Positions 11,667 through 24,133 of a stretch of 64,000 bases of DNA are shown here, one piece after another. Position 1 is the first letter of the stretch, and each line of letters begins with the position of its first letter. Below the pieces are notes generated by a model that was not told where the DNA came from, did not search any database, and saw only the letters and a program-made list of their open reading frames with translations. A program made the position numbers and the translations under genes. This DNA comes from Takakia lepidozioides (Eukaryota; Plantae; Bryophyta): contig CM060733.1 of assembly GCA_030704615.1 (NCBI GenBank), positions 37,448,001-37,512,000 on the forward strand, in the 5' to 3' direction.

Positions 11667-14008
11667 ATGCTCGTTATCTATGGACATAAATATAGGTGAG
11701 TCTTGCAAGTCTGGCATATAGGGCAATGAGGGGTGACAGTTTGTTGAGACAAACGAGTACTCAAGTGGCAGATAAAGGTCTAGTAAATCTTTTAGGAGTT
11801 GCTATATCACATCCAATATTAGATAAATTACATAGGCATCTTTAAGGTTAGTTTATGAAGTAGAGTTTGTCTCTAATACATGAGAGAGTGATGACTACCA
11901 TTCTGCCAGTGTCATAATCATTGCAAAACAATACACGAATACAATAACAGTTTCTAGGACCTTGTCTGAGTCTGACAAGGTCTGATACTCTCATGTGGAC
12001 ACTTATAAAGCTAAACAGGGGCCGGTACGCTCTCTTGGTGTGCCTGTATACATGATGTGCAGTTTCTAACCCATTGTTTAGCATCCACATTGTCAATGTC
12101 AGAGTATTGGATAGCTTGAGAGACTTCTATCAAGTCCTATCCCAAGAATAGACACTAAATTCTCATGTTGTTTATGGCCTTTAGTCACTTGCAGAATACT
12201 TTAGCGCTAACAAATGATCTCTTAGAAGTTTCAATGAATGGCCTACCTAATCTCAAGTGACCGAACTTTCTTTTGCAAAGTGCTCTTTCTTGCCTAGCCT
12301 CTTAGAGTCTGTAGTTGTCACTATTATCGGTGAAGGTAAATGTAATATGAGGGTGATAGTTAAAACTTTGCAAGCAATGGAAATAGATGGCTCAGCTGGA
12401 CTCAGAAGGGAAAACCTCTTGCAGGAGTGGATATCACTATGAACGCGCATCTAAAATATGTGAAAGTCACTTTGAAAGGGCATAATCCTATTGCACTTGA
12501 GAATCTCAACATCTAGCAGCTTGTGCATAATAAGTATAGAGGTGCGTGTGAAGCAGTGTGTGTTTGTATGTCTCTCTCCGTATTAGATGATATGTATATC
12601 GTTCAGGTATCATAGTAAGGAATCCGCAAAGTTCGCCTATCACGTACTACTTGAAATGGAAACCGTTCACGTGCAGCAGACCAGGGTAGATGCAGACCAC
12701 ACTGGCTCAGTTTGGACTGCAATTTGCAGTTTTCGACTGTCTGCTTGTCATATTATTCTTCACCCTATACACATAAGTATACATTCATAGCAAATGGACT
12801 TAGAATGGGTACCATATGTACATGTGGGTACAATTATTTTGGAATTTGGATGAAATCTCATGAAGCTATGGACTTTTGTAGGGAATTCCGAAGGACTGTC
12901 ACAGTCCATCTAATGTCCCAAATGCCATCTGAAAAACATCTGAAAAACCTATTTATGCAAAACCAATTCATATATGGACTTTACAACTAGATACACAATG
13001 TTTGAATAGACACAAATACAAATTTGTGAACAATTTCATCCATCCATCAAGACACTATGGACTTTTTTGTACCCAAAAAACTCCCAAAATGACGATTTGT
13101 CCATAGCACTTTGAAAAACTCATATTTGGGTGAAGATCTTTACTAAGAATATATATATTATTATTGTCTCTAGGAGCTTATTGTTATATGGACAAATTTC
13201 ATAAACTACAAGATAATAATAAATAGCTATTATTTCTAAATAAGAAAAAAATATTACAAAAAAATATTTGGGATGAGACCATTTACTAAATATGATTAGT
13301 GTACCATTACCTATAAAGATAAAAATATATTTGAATAAATATCCTTAAATTAGAATTTAATTAATTTTTTCTCATGGACTTTGAGTGGAGGGCACATCTC
13401 CCGCTTTTGAGCCAGTGTAGTATGTACTTACCCACCAACATTAATTGCATCTTCAAGGAAGGACTCAGAAATCAGGTCTCAAGTCTTAACCCTATTATTT
13501 TGCTTTTCTATCTCTGTAATGGGTGTAATGCTCTCTCTGGGCCTTCTGTGGGTGTAATAATTTTCTTGAATGGCAGAACCTTCAGCTTTTAGGACTAGAA
13601 GTGCTTGGCAGCCTACCTGCACAAGACACGTCTTCTCGGAGCGACATTTCTTGCTCCACTTTGTGCCATTTCTTTCTTTCTTCTCTCTCCTTTCTCTTGT
13701 GCTTTGTTAGTATCCATTGCGTATTGTTGCACTTCTTGTGAAGCTGTTGATAGAGATTAATTCTACATCATTGTACATAGTTCATTCAACATTGGAAAGG
13801 TGCATAACAGCGGGAAATGGGGAGTCAACATGAGGTGGTAGATCTTGGGTACCTCATTCTAGAGAAAGGGAGCATATACCCTTGAACTTTATAGAAAAAT
13901 GGGACAAAGACTCCCAGGTGAACATAGAGGAAAAAATAATCTCTGAAAGGGTGCCATAGAGGCTAAAACCGGACGACACGGCTTCATAACAGCAGATTCA
14001 AATGTCTA

Positions 14009-14178
14009 CAATATTTCAGTACATCAAAATTTCAGTATCTCAGTATCTCAGTCAGATTTTCAACAAGTATCTCAGTATTTCAGCCAGATTTTCAGTAAGT
14101 ATTTTAGTATTTCAGCTAGTTATTCAACAAACATTTCAATATTTCAGTTAGTATTTCCACAAGCATTTCAATATTTTA
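14009..14178 (+). repeat. AT-rich minisatellite (ATTTCAGT-type core, ~31-bp unit)
   Basis: Repeated AGTATCTCAG/AGTATTTCAG...TTTTCAACAA blocks seen directly. Confidence 0.7.
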
Positions 14179-15140
14179 ATAATTAGGCCTCATGGCCCAT
14201 AAATGAAAGGGGGTTAATTTTCCCCCCTCCTCAAGGGCCTGAATTGTGGGCTGTCGCTCCCAGGTTTCCTTTTTGAAAAAAAGAAAAAAGAAAAAACCCT
14301 CAATTTTATAATATCCTACATGAATATTTAATTCATACATCAATAAAGTTCCACCAGGGCCTCTATCCCCGGCTTTATAAGTAAGTAAATAAATTTTCCG
14401 CTTATGCAAAACATGTTTAAAATATAGGTTGAATATGTGATTATCTTATATCAATATAACATTTTAAGGAAATTTTCGACTCGGAGTTTTAGGGTGGAGC
14501 CATTACGTGACTAGCCGCTTGTTTCCTTAAGAAAAAATGAAACTTTGGGAGCTACAAGTCCAAATTCAGGCCATCCCGGACTCTCCGCCACGAAACCATA
14601 CCACATAGGATACATCAGCAGGATTTGAGCCCCAATCCACTTGGGGTGACAGAGTGTGGACTATCCTATTGAAGTACTATTTTTGTTTTTCGGTTGTGAG
14701 TTAATATTGCCAAATTTTTGTTTGTAGGCACGACAAACGGCCACGTCGATAGGTTTTGGCTAAACCTTAATATCTCTTTAACCAAAAAGCCATATTGTTA
14801 AGAGATATAAATTGAGTATTAACTTGATTTTTCTTTCAATAATCTTACTAAAGCTGTCATTGAATGTAAATTTGAAACAATTTGGTACCTTGGTTAGATA
14901 GTGTTGTAATGCTCATTTTTGTTTTCATGGCCTTACAAGGTTATTTCTTCGGCAAGGCAAAGGGCCACGTCGATAGTTTTCTAGTTATTTAATTTTTTCA
15001 AAACTGCAACGGAGGTCCAATGCATTAATAAGCTAAAAAAACATAAAACGTGGAAAATGTAACCATATGAGGCTCTAGAGGATTACAAGGGGAAAACTAC
15101 ACTATTCCATTAGTGTGATATATATGGAGACAACCAAGTT

Positions 15141-15288
15141 GTAGTTGAGTGGCAATGGCCACATACCACCTCGAAAGTGGTCAAGGGTTCAATCCACTCA
15201 TTGGTCCCACAAAGGTGTCCACCTTCCTGCCAGAAAGCAGTAGTCCTTTGGGGTCAGGAGACCATTATTGACACTTCCTTGGGGAGGT
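15141..15288 (+). mobile_element. tRNA-derived SINE-like repeat, copy 2
   Basis: GTAGTTGAGTGG A-box-like, GGTTCAATCC B-box, same body as the 11513-11666 copy. Confidence 0.6.
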
Positions 15289-16813
15289 GCATACTTTATA
15301 TACATGGAAACATGGAGGGACGCCCCAATGGGCTCTGAAATTACAAGACATTAGGCCTACAACGACTGAACCCAGACACAGGGATTGAATCCTATGCACA
15401 GGATAGTGAAGTAAAGATGATTTGCAACCTTTTGGTTAGTTATCATAATTTGGGTTGTGTCCCTTTGAGCCTAGTTGTGCTCAGCCCCTCATGGCAAGGT
15501 TTCTTTGTCCTCTTATCCAAGCCTGGAGTGTCTCAGGCTGATTCTTTAGTGTTTATTTTATTTTATCTCTTATTCTTAGCTATGTTTTCCATAATATTGT
15601 AGTATTGCTCTGTCTATTTTTATAAACCCTAAACATAGCCAAGAACCCGTAAACCCCAATTTATGTTTCCCATCTGTTGATCTCTTTTTCTTCAACATTT
15701 TGTTAAGAAAAAAATTAAAGAGGGGAAGTAGCCCTTAGTAAAATTTTATTGATAAGGGGAGAAACTAAAACCCCGTGGGGCCAAAATTTAATTCAACATT
15801 GTTTTTATCATAAATTGGACAAACAAAGGTAAAGATTTACTATATATATACTGAATGGAGAAAGCTGTCACTCAAATCAAACAGAAAAATAAGAAAAATC
15901 ATAGGAACAGAAAAAAAAAACACCAATACATGATTAGAACAACTACTGAAAATTACAAGGGGTTGTTATCAATAGGTGAAGTGAAGCACGGTTAACTCTC
16001 AATACAGGCTCTAACGGCATACTGTAATGAGAGCTTGGCTCAAAATAAATAATTTTCGGTTACATCTAGGTTTTTGTTTTGTTTATTTTGTTTTCTATAG
16101 TAAAAAGGCCCGAGGGAGACCTTAAAACTTTATTTAATGGAGGGAAAAATAACCTCACATGACATGCCATGGACTCAGGCTGATTTTTGTATTCTACCAT
16201 TAACAGTCCAAGGAAATGCCAAAAGTATGAGACAATGCAAGCCAGGAAGAAATATTAACTGTGAGTTTTTGTCCTCAACCCAAGGTGGCCAAAGTTACTA
16301 CCTGCTAATAAAAATAGGTCATTTTCTTGGCCACCCAGTTACTGTTTTGTAAGGCGCCTCCGACCCTATGTGGTGTGCTTGGAGGGGGTTGTTTGTTTAA
16401 CCCCCTCTTTTATAAAAAATAATTAGGGCTACGGCCGCTTTTTCTTTTCTTTTCTTCCCAAGGAAACACCAGCCCCAGCAACTGGGCCTTGAGGGGGGAA
16501 ATTAATCCCCTTATGAGCCATGGAGGTATTACAGGCCAGCCTGAAGGGAGAGAGATTGATGACATGACAGGGGTTTCATTCCCAGACCCACAAGCCAGTA
16601 CACCAGTGGCTTACCACCGGGCTACAGCCCTGTTAAAATTTGGTAACAAGCCTGAAACAATACCTCTGTCCCCTGTTCCTTGAGGAAAAAGAAAAAAAAC
16701 AATGGATGCTTGGCAGCATAAGTCTAAGTTTGTGGATGAAAGTGATCTCTGTATTGAGAAAGGAGGAGTCATCTATGGAGCTGCTTGTTGTCATCCATCT
16801 AGCACTAGAGCGG

Positions 16814-16925
16814 GTAGCCCAGTGGCTAACTTAGGTGCTCTAGGGTTCAAAATGTCCACCTTCCAATGGAAGGTGGTAGTCCCTGGGGACGAAGAGACAC
16901 CATAATTTACATTTCCTTTGGGAGT
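16814..16925 (+). mobile_element. tRNA-derived SINE-like repeat, copy 3 (internally shortened)
   Basis: GTAGCCCAGTGG, GGTTCAAA, TGTCCACCTTCC..GAAGGTGGTAGTCCC..GAAGAGACACCATAATTTAC shared with the other copies. Confidence 0.6.
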
Positions 16926-17319
16926 CGTTATCCTTTTTCCCCCATCCGTCCACCACTCGTACCATGATAACATAGAATAATGGTTGGATAGACGGTCAAT
17001 TTGTCGTCCAATTCTCCGTGGTGCAAGCCACACCATCCGCTAACTCATCAATGAATGGCTTCATCATGTAGAACCTCACTGGATGTGATGTGACAACCGG
17101 AACAAGTTTATATTCAACCACCGTTACTAACTAACCATTGAAGCCAAAGAACAATAATTCCAAACCGAGGTCGGTAGAATAATCGGGGAGAGGATCGGTG
17201 TTGGGAACTCGGATCGGAAGCATAAAAAAGACCGGAAGGATCAAAAGTACATGACGGAGATGATTATGTAAGGTATGCTCCCCGGCGAAGACGGAATTGC
17301 ATGATGAACCCTTTGCAGA

Positions 17320-18200
17320 CAAATGACCGTTGCCCGACCACCACGCCCTGGCCCCACCTTCCATTTTGAATGTGGGGCCGCGGGGCCGACCCGTCCTTCT
17401 CCAGGGCCGCCCGCTTCTCATCCACTCGGGATGCATCTGCTCATCCATCCTGCCGGGGTGACAGCCCCCCATCACATCGGAAATGACGCCGGACGGAAAA
17501 GGAAGGCGCAAGTAGGTACTTGTCGACGTGGACCGCGCGACGGGTGGCACAGACACCCGCACGACATTTACACGCGGAACGTGCGAGGGCGTCCGGTCGC
17601 CGAATCCAGATGCGCCACGTACAGCGCCGAACGTGAGTTACGTCGACCGGCGGCCGGGCGCTTGTCGGCCCATTACCGCGGAGGCCTGCCGCCGGTAACG
17701 GCCTCGCAGAACGGGCGTGGCGTAAAGCGCAGGGCGCCCTAACTTACTAAGTGAGCGCCGCAATGCGGCGTAGTGGGCTACTAGTGAGTTGCGCGTGATG
17801 ATGTCAACAGATGGGGGCGGGCCGGGTCACTTATAGCAGCGCGCGGGCCGGGCGGAGCCCCCGCCCAGGTGGGCCCCCAGGCGCCTCGCGCGTGGAGGCC
17901 TGCGCCTCCGCCGCCACCTCGCGGAGGCACCCGGCCTGCTCCCGCGTCGAGGCCGCAAAGAGGGCTGGCTGTGTGTGCGCGACTCTCTCTGTGTCTGTGT
18001 GTGTGTGTGTCTGCGTGCGCGGCTGCGTTTGTCGCCAGCCTTCTCTGTCTCGCTCTGTCTGAGCCGGCCCGCTAGGGTGTGCATGAGCGCGCGGGACAAG
18101 GGAGGAGAGATACGAGAGGGAGAGGGGGGGGGGAGGGAGAGGGAGGCGGGAGCGGGAGTCCCGTAAGTATATTTGGGAGGGGGCGGGAGTCCCGTACGTG
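17320..18200 (+). promoter_or_regulatory. CpG-rich island and probable promoter/first non-coding exon of the TEL-like gene
   Basis: Very GC/CpG-rich stretch, TTATAG at ~17831, (TG)n and GA-rich tracts, a GTAAGT donor at ~18163 and a candidate acceptor TTGCAG at ~19528. Confidence 0.45.
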
Positions 18201-19747
18201 GTTGGGGGCAGGCAGGCCTGGGATGAGTGGGATAGGTAGGGAGAGGAGCAGCTTTTGGGGGCGTCCTCATGGGGGTTCCGATCGTGGCTGTCTGTGATCA
18301 CGAGTAGCTTGTGTGGTGCGGGGTGCGGGGAAATTTCGGGTAGGACGGGCGTGGTTGGTGTGTCCTTTCGTTGGCTGGGTGTGAATCAGAGCGAAGCTTG
18401 GTACACTGACTTGTGGGTTCAAATCGTCTGGGCTGGCCTGTCTTCTCAGACGTCTGACGTCCGCTCTCAAATCATGAGACGTGCTGTCTCGGTCGTATTC
18501 TTCTTCCATCCATGGTTGTGTTGCTTACTTTAGCTGCGTGGTTGTGCTTCTTTCTCGCACTCTCTTCTGCTGTCTGTCCCGAGTCCCGACCGCAGCTAGT
18601 TGCTGGCCCGTGCTTACCTTTGGCGGAGGGAAGGTGGCTGACTTCTTCCTCGGCAATGTTCTGGTAGTGTGATAGGTAGTGTGCGGATGCCCTACTTGTT
18701 GGTCGCATGCATGTCTTGTTACAGATTGCCTCCTCCTTCTTGCGGACTTGCTTGTGATCAAGGTTACGCCCGTAATCTTGTGTGTAATCTCTTCGGGTTT
18801 CGTTGTTGGTGCCATTTTATATGTATGGCGTCTGCTTGTCATCTCTCTGATACGAGAGGACACGATATATTATTCAGGTTTCTTTCCCTCTCGCCGCCCT
18901 GAGAGACTTGAGGTCACAGGGAGGAGTAGGGAGGAATGGGGACTCTCGCCTAGCCGAGGATGGGCTCTGAATAATTCTTTCCTTGTTATCTTTTTCGCTT
19001 TCTTTCCCTTTTCCTGTGCATGGCCGCGGTTGCTGTCTTCACAAAGCCTGCTTGCTTGGTCGATACCTTTTCTACATGAAGTGTAAGAGCTACAAATTCT
19101 CTCTTTTGCTCGTGTATGCTCCGGTTGCAGAGCGGGACGCCTGTTCGCACGTGGGGTTGCATGTGAACTATCTTGCTCGGACTGCTTCTTGTTCGCTTAC
19201 TGTTTTCAGCAAGTGCGTTCACATCCAGTCGCTGGCCCGCAATTTTCTGCCTAGCGTGAAACATTGAGTTCATGCAACTGTTCCTTACGTCGAGGATATT
19301 CTCCTGAAACTGTCCCTGATTATTGACACCACGTATACGGGTGTCGGCATATCCTGGTGCTTCTCTCTGATTGTTTCACTGTAGTCGTGTAGAAATGTGG
19401 TGACGCAGAGAAAGGTTGCATTGTATCGTAAGGCATGAGATGGTAGGTCGTAAGTTGGAATTACGAAAAAGGTGTCCATGCACTTTCGAAGTGTACGACT
19501 GGTTCTGATATGCCGATGGTTTTTGCAGGTCGGTTATTCCAGAAGATTTCTTTCACTACTCGGAGATCCGGTGGACTCATGAACTCTTAGCCTCGTAGCG
19601 GAGGGGGGAGCACGTTTCGTACGACAGCTAGTCAGATACTGATCTTGTATTTCATGCCTCTCTCTGGAAGGGCGATATAGGTTGGGATTGAGAACGTTGC
19701 TCCTACTCAAAGAGTGACAAGGGGGAGTCACACGGTGGTTTTGCGCC

Positions 19748-22700
19748 ATGGGCGGGAAGATAATTGGCGGTGACGAGCTCCAGGTTGTCCCTGCTTCGGT
19801 AGGGGGGGAACATTTGCCTAACGGTGAAGAACAACATGGTTACGCCGAACTGATGAAGGGGCTCCTTTCAAGCCAGCCTGGAATGAACAAGTCATCATCA
19901 CTATCACCGTTTTCTGCTGAGAGGATTGACGATGAACCTGCAAAAGTGAATGGTGTCTCTATTACTGAATCAACTACCCGGTACGACGAGAAAACCCTTC
20001 ACGAGGGTCTCAAAGGATTGAGCGTGAAGTCTGGGGAAGGAAGAGATTCAGCTCCAGAGGGCATTGCAGTGGATAATGGACAGAGGAGTGGGGGACAGAC
20101 ATTGGAGAATGGGAGGCCAGATTCTGAGCTTCAAGACGAGCATGATATGGCTGGGAGGGACTCTCTTACTCAGCAGCAGACACAGGCTTCAGAAAATGGT
20201 TTTCACCAAGCCGGAAGAGGATATGAATCTCAGAGGGCCCATGAGTACCGGCAACCACCATGTCTCGTATTGCCTGATCAGACCTCAGTGGAAAGTGAAT
20301 TTGGAGGACACCAGCAAGTGGGGAAGAACGAGTATACAGTGCCCCATGCCCTCTGTCTTCCCTCATCTCTGGTCATGTCTCCGCACGACGGAAAACCAGC
20401 ACTGTTGGATCCAAATGCTCGGGAATTCACCCCTTCACCATCACCCTGTCCTTCTCCGGTCCTTCCACCTGGGCTAATGCACATGGCTGTGCCAACTCCC
20501 TTTCCCCTGGACCCTGCTCACCTTGCCTATGCTCCAGGAATAGAGATGGGGCAGGTGGTTTTTGGCGCCGAGTACAGTGGAGGGCCAATGATGCCCTTGT
20601 TTGGTAATGGGGGTCCTTTGGCTTATGCATCTGTCGCAGCGTCTCCATCTCCTCCCCCTTGGGATGGTCTTGGAATGCCTGAGTTACTGAATCATGGTAC
20701 CCAGGGATCAGGACCAATCGGACTTGGGCAGCCCCTCCCACCTCATGTGATGCGATCGTACGGGCTATCTCAACCTGGCATGCAGTCATTCATCCCTTAT
20801 GGACGGTCCCCCATGAGCATGCCAGGACCATTTGTGACACACCCCCCTATGATGGGGCGTGAGCATGTATCACGAGCACTCTTGTTGAACGGGGTGCCCA
20901 CTGACATTGGCGATGGACAGCTGAGGCAAGAAATGGAACAGTGGGGTCCTGTCCGTGCCATGGGGATGGAAAGATGCCACGAAGGCTTGGTCACTGTGCA
21001 CTACTATGACCTGCGGCATGCAAAGGAGGCCCTGCGGGACATACAGCAGCAGCATCTTATGCATCAGCAGCGCATGCAGCAGCGATACCAGCTGTTGCAC
21101 AAGCAGCGAGGTGGGGGATCTCAAGTACAGAGTGAGATGTATGAGAGACAAGATTCCAAAAAGAACGGAGAAGGGAGTCCGGAGGACTTCCGGGATACAG
21201 CCTCGTCCTCTTCCCGCGGGTTGGTGTGTGGGAGGGTTATGTGGGCCCAATACACAGTGCCAGTAGGTGCTGCCGCGGGTCCAGACAGTCTCAACCAGGG
21301 CACACTAGTGGTCTTCAACCTGGACGTTGAAATGCCTCTGGACAAGCTTCGGGCTGCATTTGAGGTTTATGGTAAGTGCTTCTAAAATTGATGTCTTCAG
21401 GTTAGATGTACTTGCTGGCTGGGCTCATGGTGTAGGTTACTGGACGTGAGGTGCATGGCTGATGAATGCAGGCACTTCACATGGTTTCCTGCTCTAGAAA
21501 GTTAACACCAACAATCAACCATAATTTGAACTTCTGTGGCTAGATCAGAATATCATAGGCTTCTGTCCTCCTGTTTGAAGGTACTTGCGCATGCAGTTAG
21601 AAGTAGCATTGTCAACCATATCATCTTGTCCAGTGTGTTTTTCTACTATGTAGTCGGTGAACTCAATGTATTGTTGTTTTTGGGTGAGCCAGGGGCAGTG
21701 AAGGAGTTGAGAGAGACCCCTGCCAAGAAGCAGCACAAGTTTGTGGAATTTTACGATGTTCGTGATGCCGCACATGCTCTGAAAGCCCTTGATGGCCAAG
21801 AGATTGGTGGCAAGCGTGTGAAGATTGAATTTAGTAGACCAGGAGGCCAGGCGCACAAAGCCCGGGTGCAGGCTCAGCATGCCCAGGCCCAGGCCAGGCA
21901 GCAGGGTGGCCCACTCGCACCTTTGGTCGGAAGTCGAACTTCTGCACCTGGTGCAGTGCCAGGTCCTGTGACAGGGCAGCCCATGTACGTTGGGTGGAAT
22001 GGCGAGCCTGGAGTCAGTTCCACTCAACCCATGGTTGGCCCTCCTGGTGGGCCCCCTTACATGTGGACGAACTTTGGCCCCCTCACAGGGGGACCACTTT
22101 CTCCCTTGGCTTTAGTGCAACCACAACAATGGAATAGTGGAGCTGGCCAGTTGCAACCTCTGGGTTTTAGCCCCATGCATGGAGGTCCTCCCAGCCCTGG
22201 TGGGCTTGTCGTTTTGGCTGGTGTTGAGGCTCATGGCCTAACCTTGGGGAGAGGTGGGGGAAGGGCAGTTGGGGGAGGTTTTAGTGGAGGACCAGGGCCA
22301 TCAGGAGGGGGAAACTTTCATGGACATCCTGGATTTGGGAGGGGATCCAGCAATGCTGGTGCCCATGGAAGAGATGGACCATCAGGTCGCAAGAGAAGGG
22401 GGGCTTCTGCTAACGGGAATGTTGTGTTTGGAAAGCTGGAAACGGTCCAGCCAGGGATAGGTAACAAGCTGGGAATGAGGGACAGTCCTCGCAGTGGAAA
22501 GAGTGGTTTGACACCCAAATGTTTATCTCGGGAAACAGTGCCCTCACAGTATGTGTTTGATGAAGGAGAGATGCAGACCAATGAGATGTCCCGCACGACT
22601 CTGATGATTAAAAACATTCCTAACAAATACAGGTCGAACCCTTTGATAAACTCAGCTTTAGCTAGTCCTGATTTTTTCAGCTGTATCAAATTTCTCTTGT

Positions 22701-24133
22701 GCTACATGTGATGTATAGCCTGAATCTCAGAAAATCATTGTAGGAACTGTTATTGTGCAACTTCCCATTAGGCAGTGGTGTCTTGGCAATCATGATGTCT
22801 GAAAAGGCAAGTAATTCATATTGCTAAAATGTGTAGTACATTGTGAAATTGGTTGTGTAACAGTCAAGGTATGCTGCTTCAGCTGTTGGACAGGCACTGC
22901 CTCCACTGTAACTCACAGATGGAGGATCCAAGCGAACCAGAGTCTGCCTACGACTTTGTCTATCTCCCAATTGACTTCAAGTACCTAGACTTCTACTCTC
23001 CTTCCCTCTGTCTCCCCTCCACCTCTTAATGGTCCATGCAGTCCATCTGTCAGGGCCCGTCATCTAATTTGCATGTCTATGCGCACAAGAGACAGAGAGG
23101 GAACTACACTGAGGGGAAATCCCTTTCTGGTGTGCTGAGTGGTCTGTGGCCATCAGTATGTACAAGGTCAACCCAAGGACCCAACAGCAACATGGTGAGA
23201 AGTTTGCATGACAAGTCTGGTTTAGAGCAACCATTCAAGTAGGGCAGGTCTACCGATAGAGTAGTTTGCTGCCAAAGATCTGGAGTCTGCATGGCTGTAG
23301 GTGTTTCTTTAGATGGAGCCTCTGAAAATGTTGGTACTTTCCACACTGTGATCTGACCTGCAGTGATGATCATGTGGATTTTCCAGGAACAGGTGCAACT
23401 TGGGGTACGCCTTTGTTAACTTTACCAGCGTGGAGGCAACAAAGAGGCTCTACAAAGCCTTTCATGCTCAACAATGGGAGGCCTTCAATTCTCGCAAAAT
23501 TTGCCAAGTCACTTATGCCCGTGTCCAGGTCTGTAATGGTGGAAATCTATGTACTGGTCTGTATATTCCAGAAGTGATTATTAGAACTCCTGTTACCTTT
23601 TATGTGATGCCTACGAACACTTGAATGCGTGTCCACCTTAGTGAACAGGGATATCTTGCATACCACTAGCATATTTTTATAAAGCTACTGTAGTGATCGT
23701 ACAAAGTTGTGAGTGTTTAGTCGTTGGCTGCTAACGGCATTTGGTTTCTTACAAGCAGGGACGAGTCGCACTGGAGGAGCACTTTCGGAATTCGAGGTTT
23801 GCTTGTGATACAGATGAGTACCTACCCCTCTGTTTCTCTCCACCACGCACAGGCATTATACTTTCATCGCCCATGGTAGCTGCAGGCCACCTGGCAGGGC
23901 GCACACTGGGCAGCAGTCCGCGAGAAGAGCTGGGTCCAGCCCGGACAGCTCGGAATGGGGAGCTCCGCGAGAGAGCTGGTGATGACCTGCTGCAGCAGGC
24001 TTTGGTGAATGGCAACATTTGTGGTCAGGAGCAAGAAACAGACCTGTTGGGGGTAACTGGGGGGAGTGGTAGAGGGTTTGCTGGAGGGGTGAATGGAGGG
24101 CGCCGTACTAATACCCAGCAGAATCTTAGATGA
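19748..24133 (+). CDS. TEL1: TERMINAL EAR1-like (MEI2-like) RNA-binding protein with three RRMs; exons 19748-21371, 21693-22632, 22864-22980, 23387-23528, 23759-24133
   Basis: RRM1 ([22 protein letters not shown]), RRM2 ([32 protein letters not shown]) and RRM3 ([64 protein letters not shown]) with the TEL-type insertion. All introns are GT-AG and keep the frame. Confidence 0.93.

Noticed and set aside
17131-19273. Many short overlapping ORFs upstream of the TEL-like gene
   Set aside because: Expected in GC-rich, stop-poor promoter/5'UTR/intron sequence; no recognisable domains.
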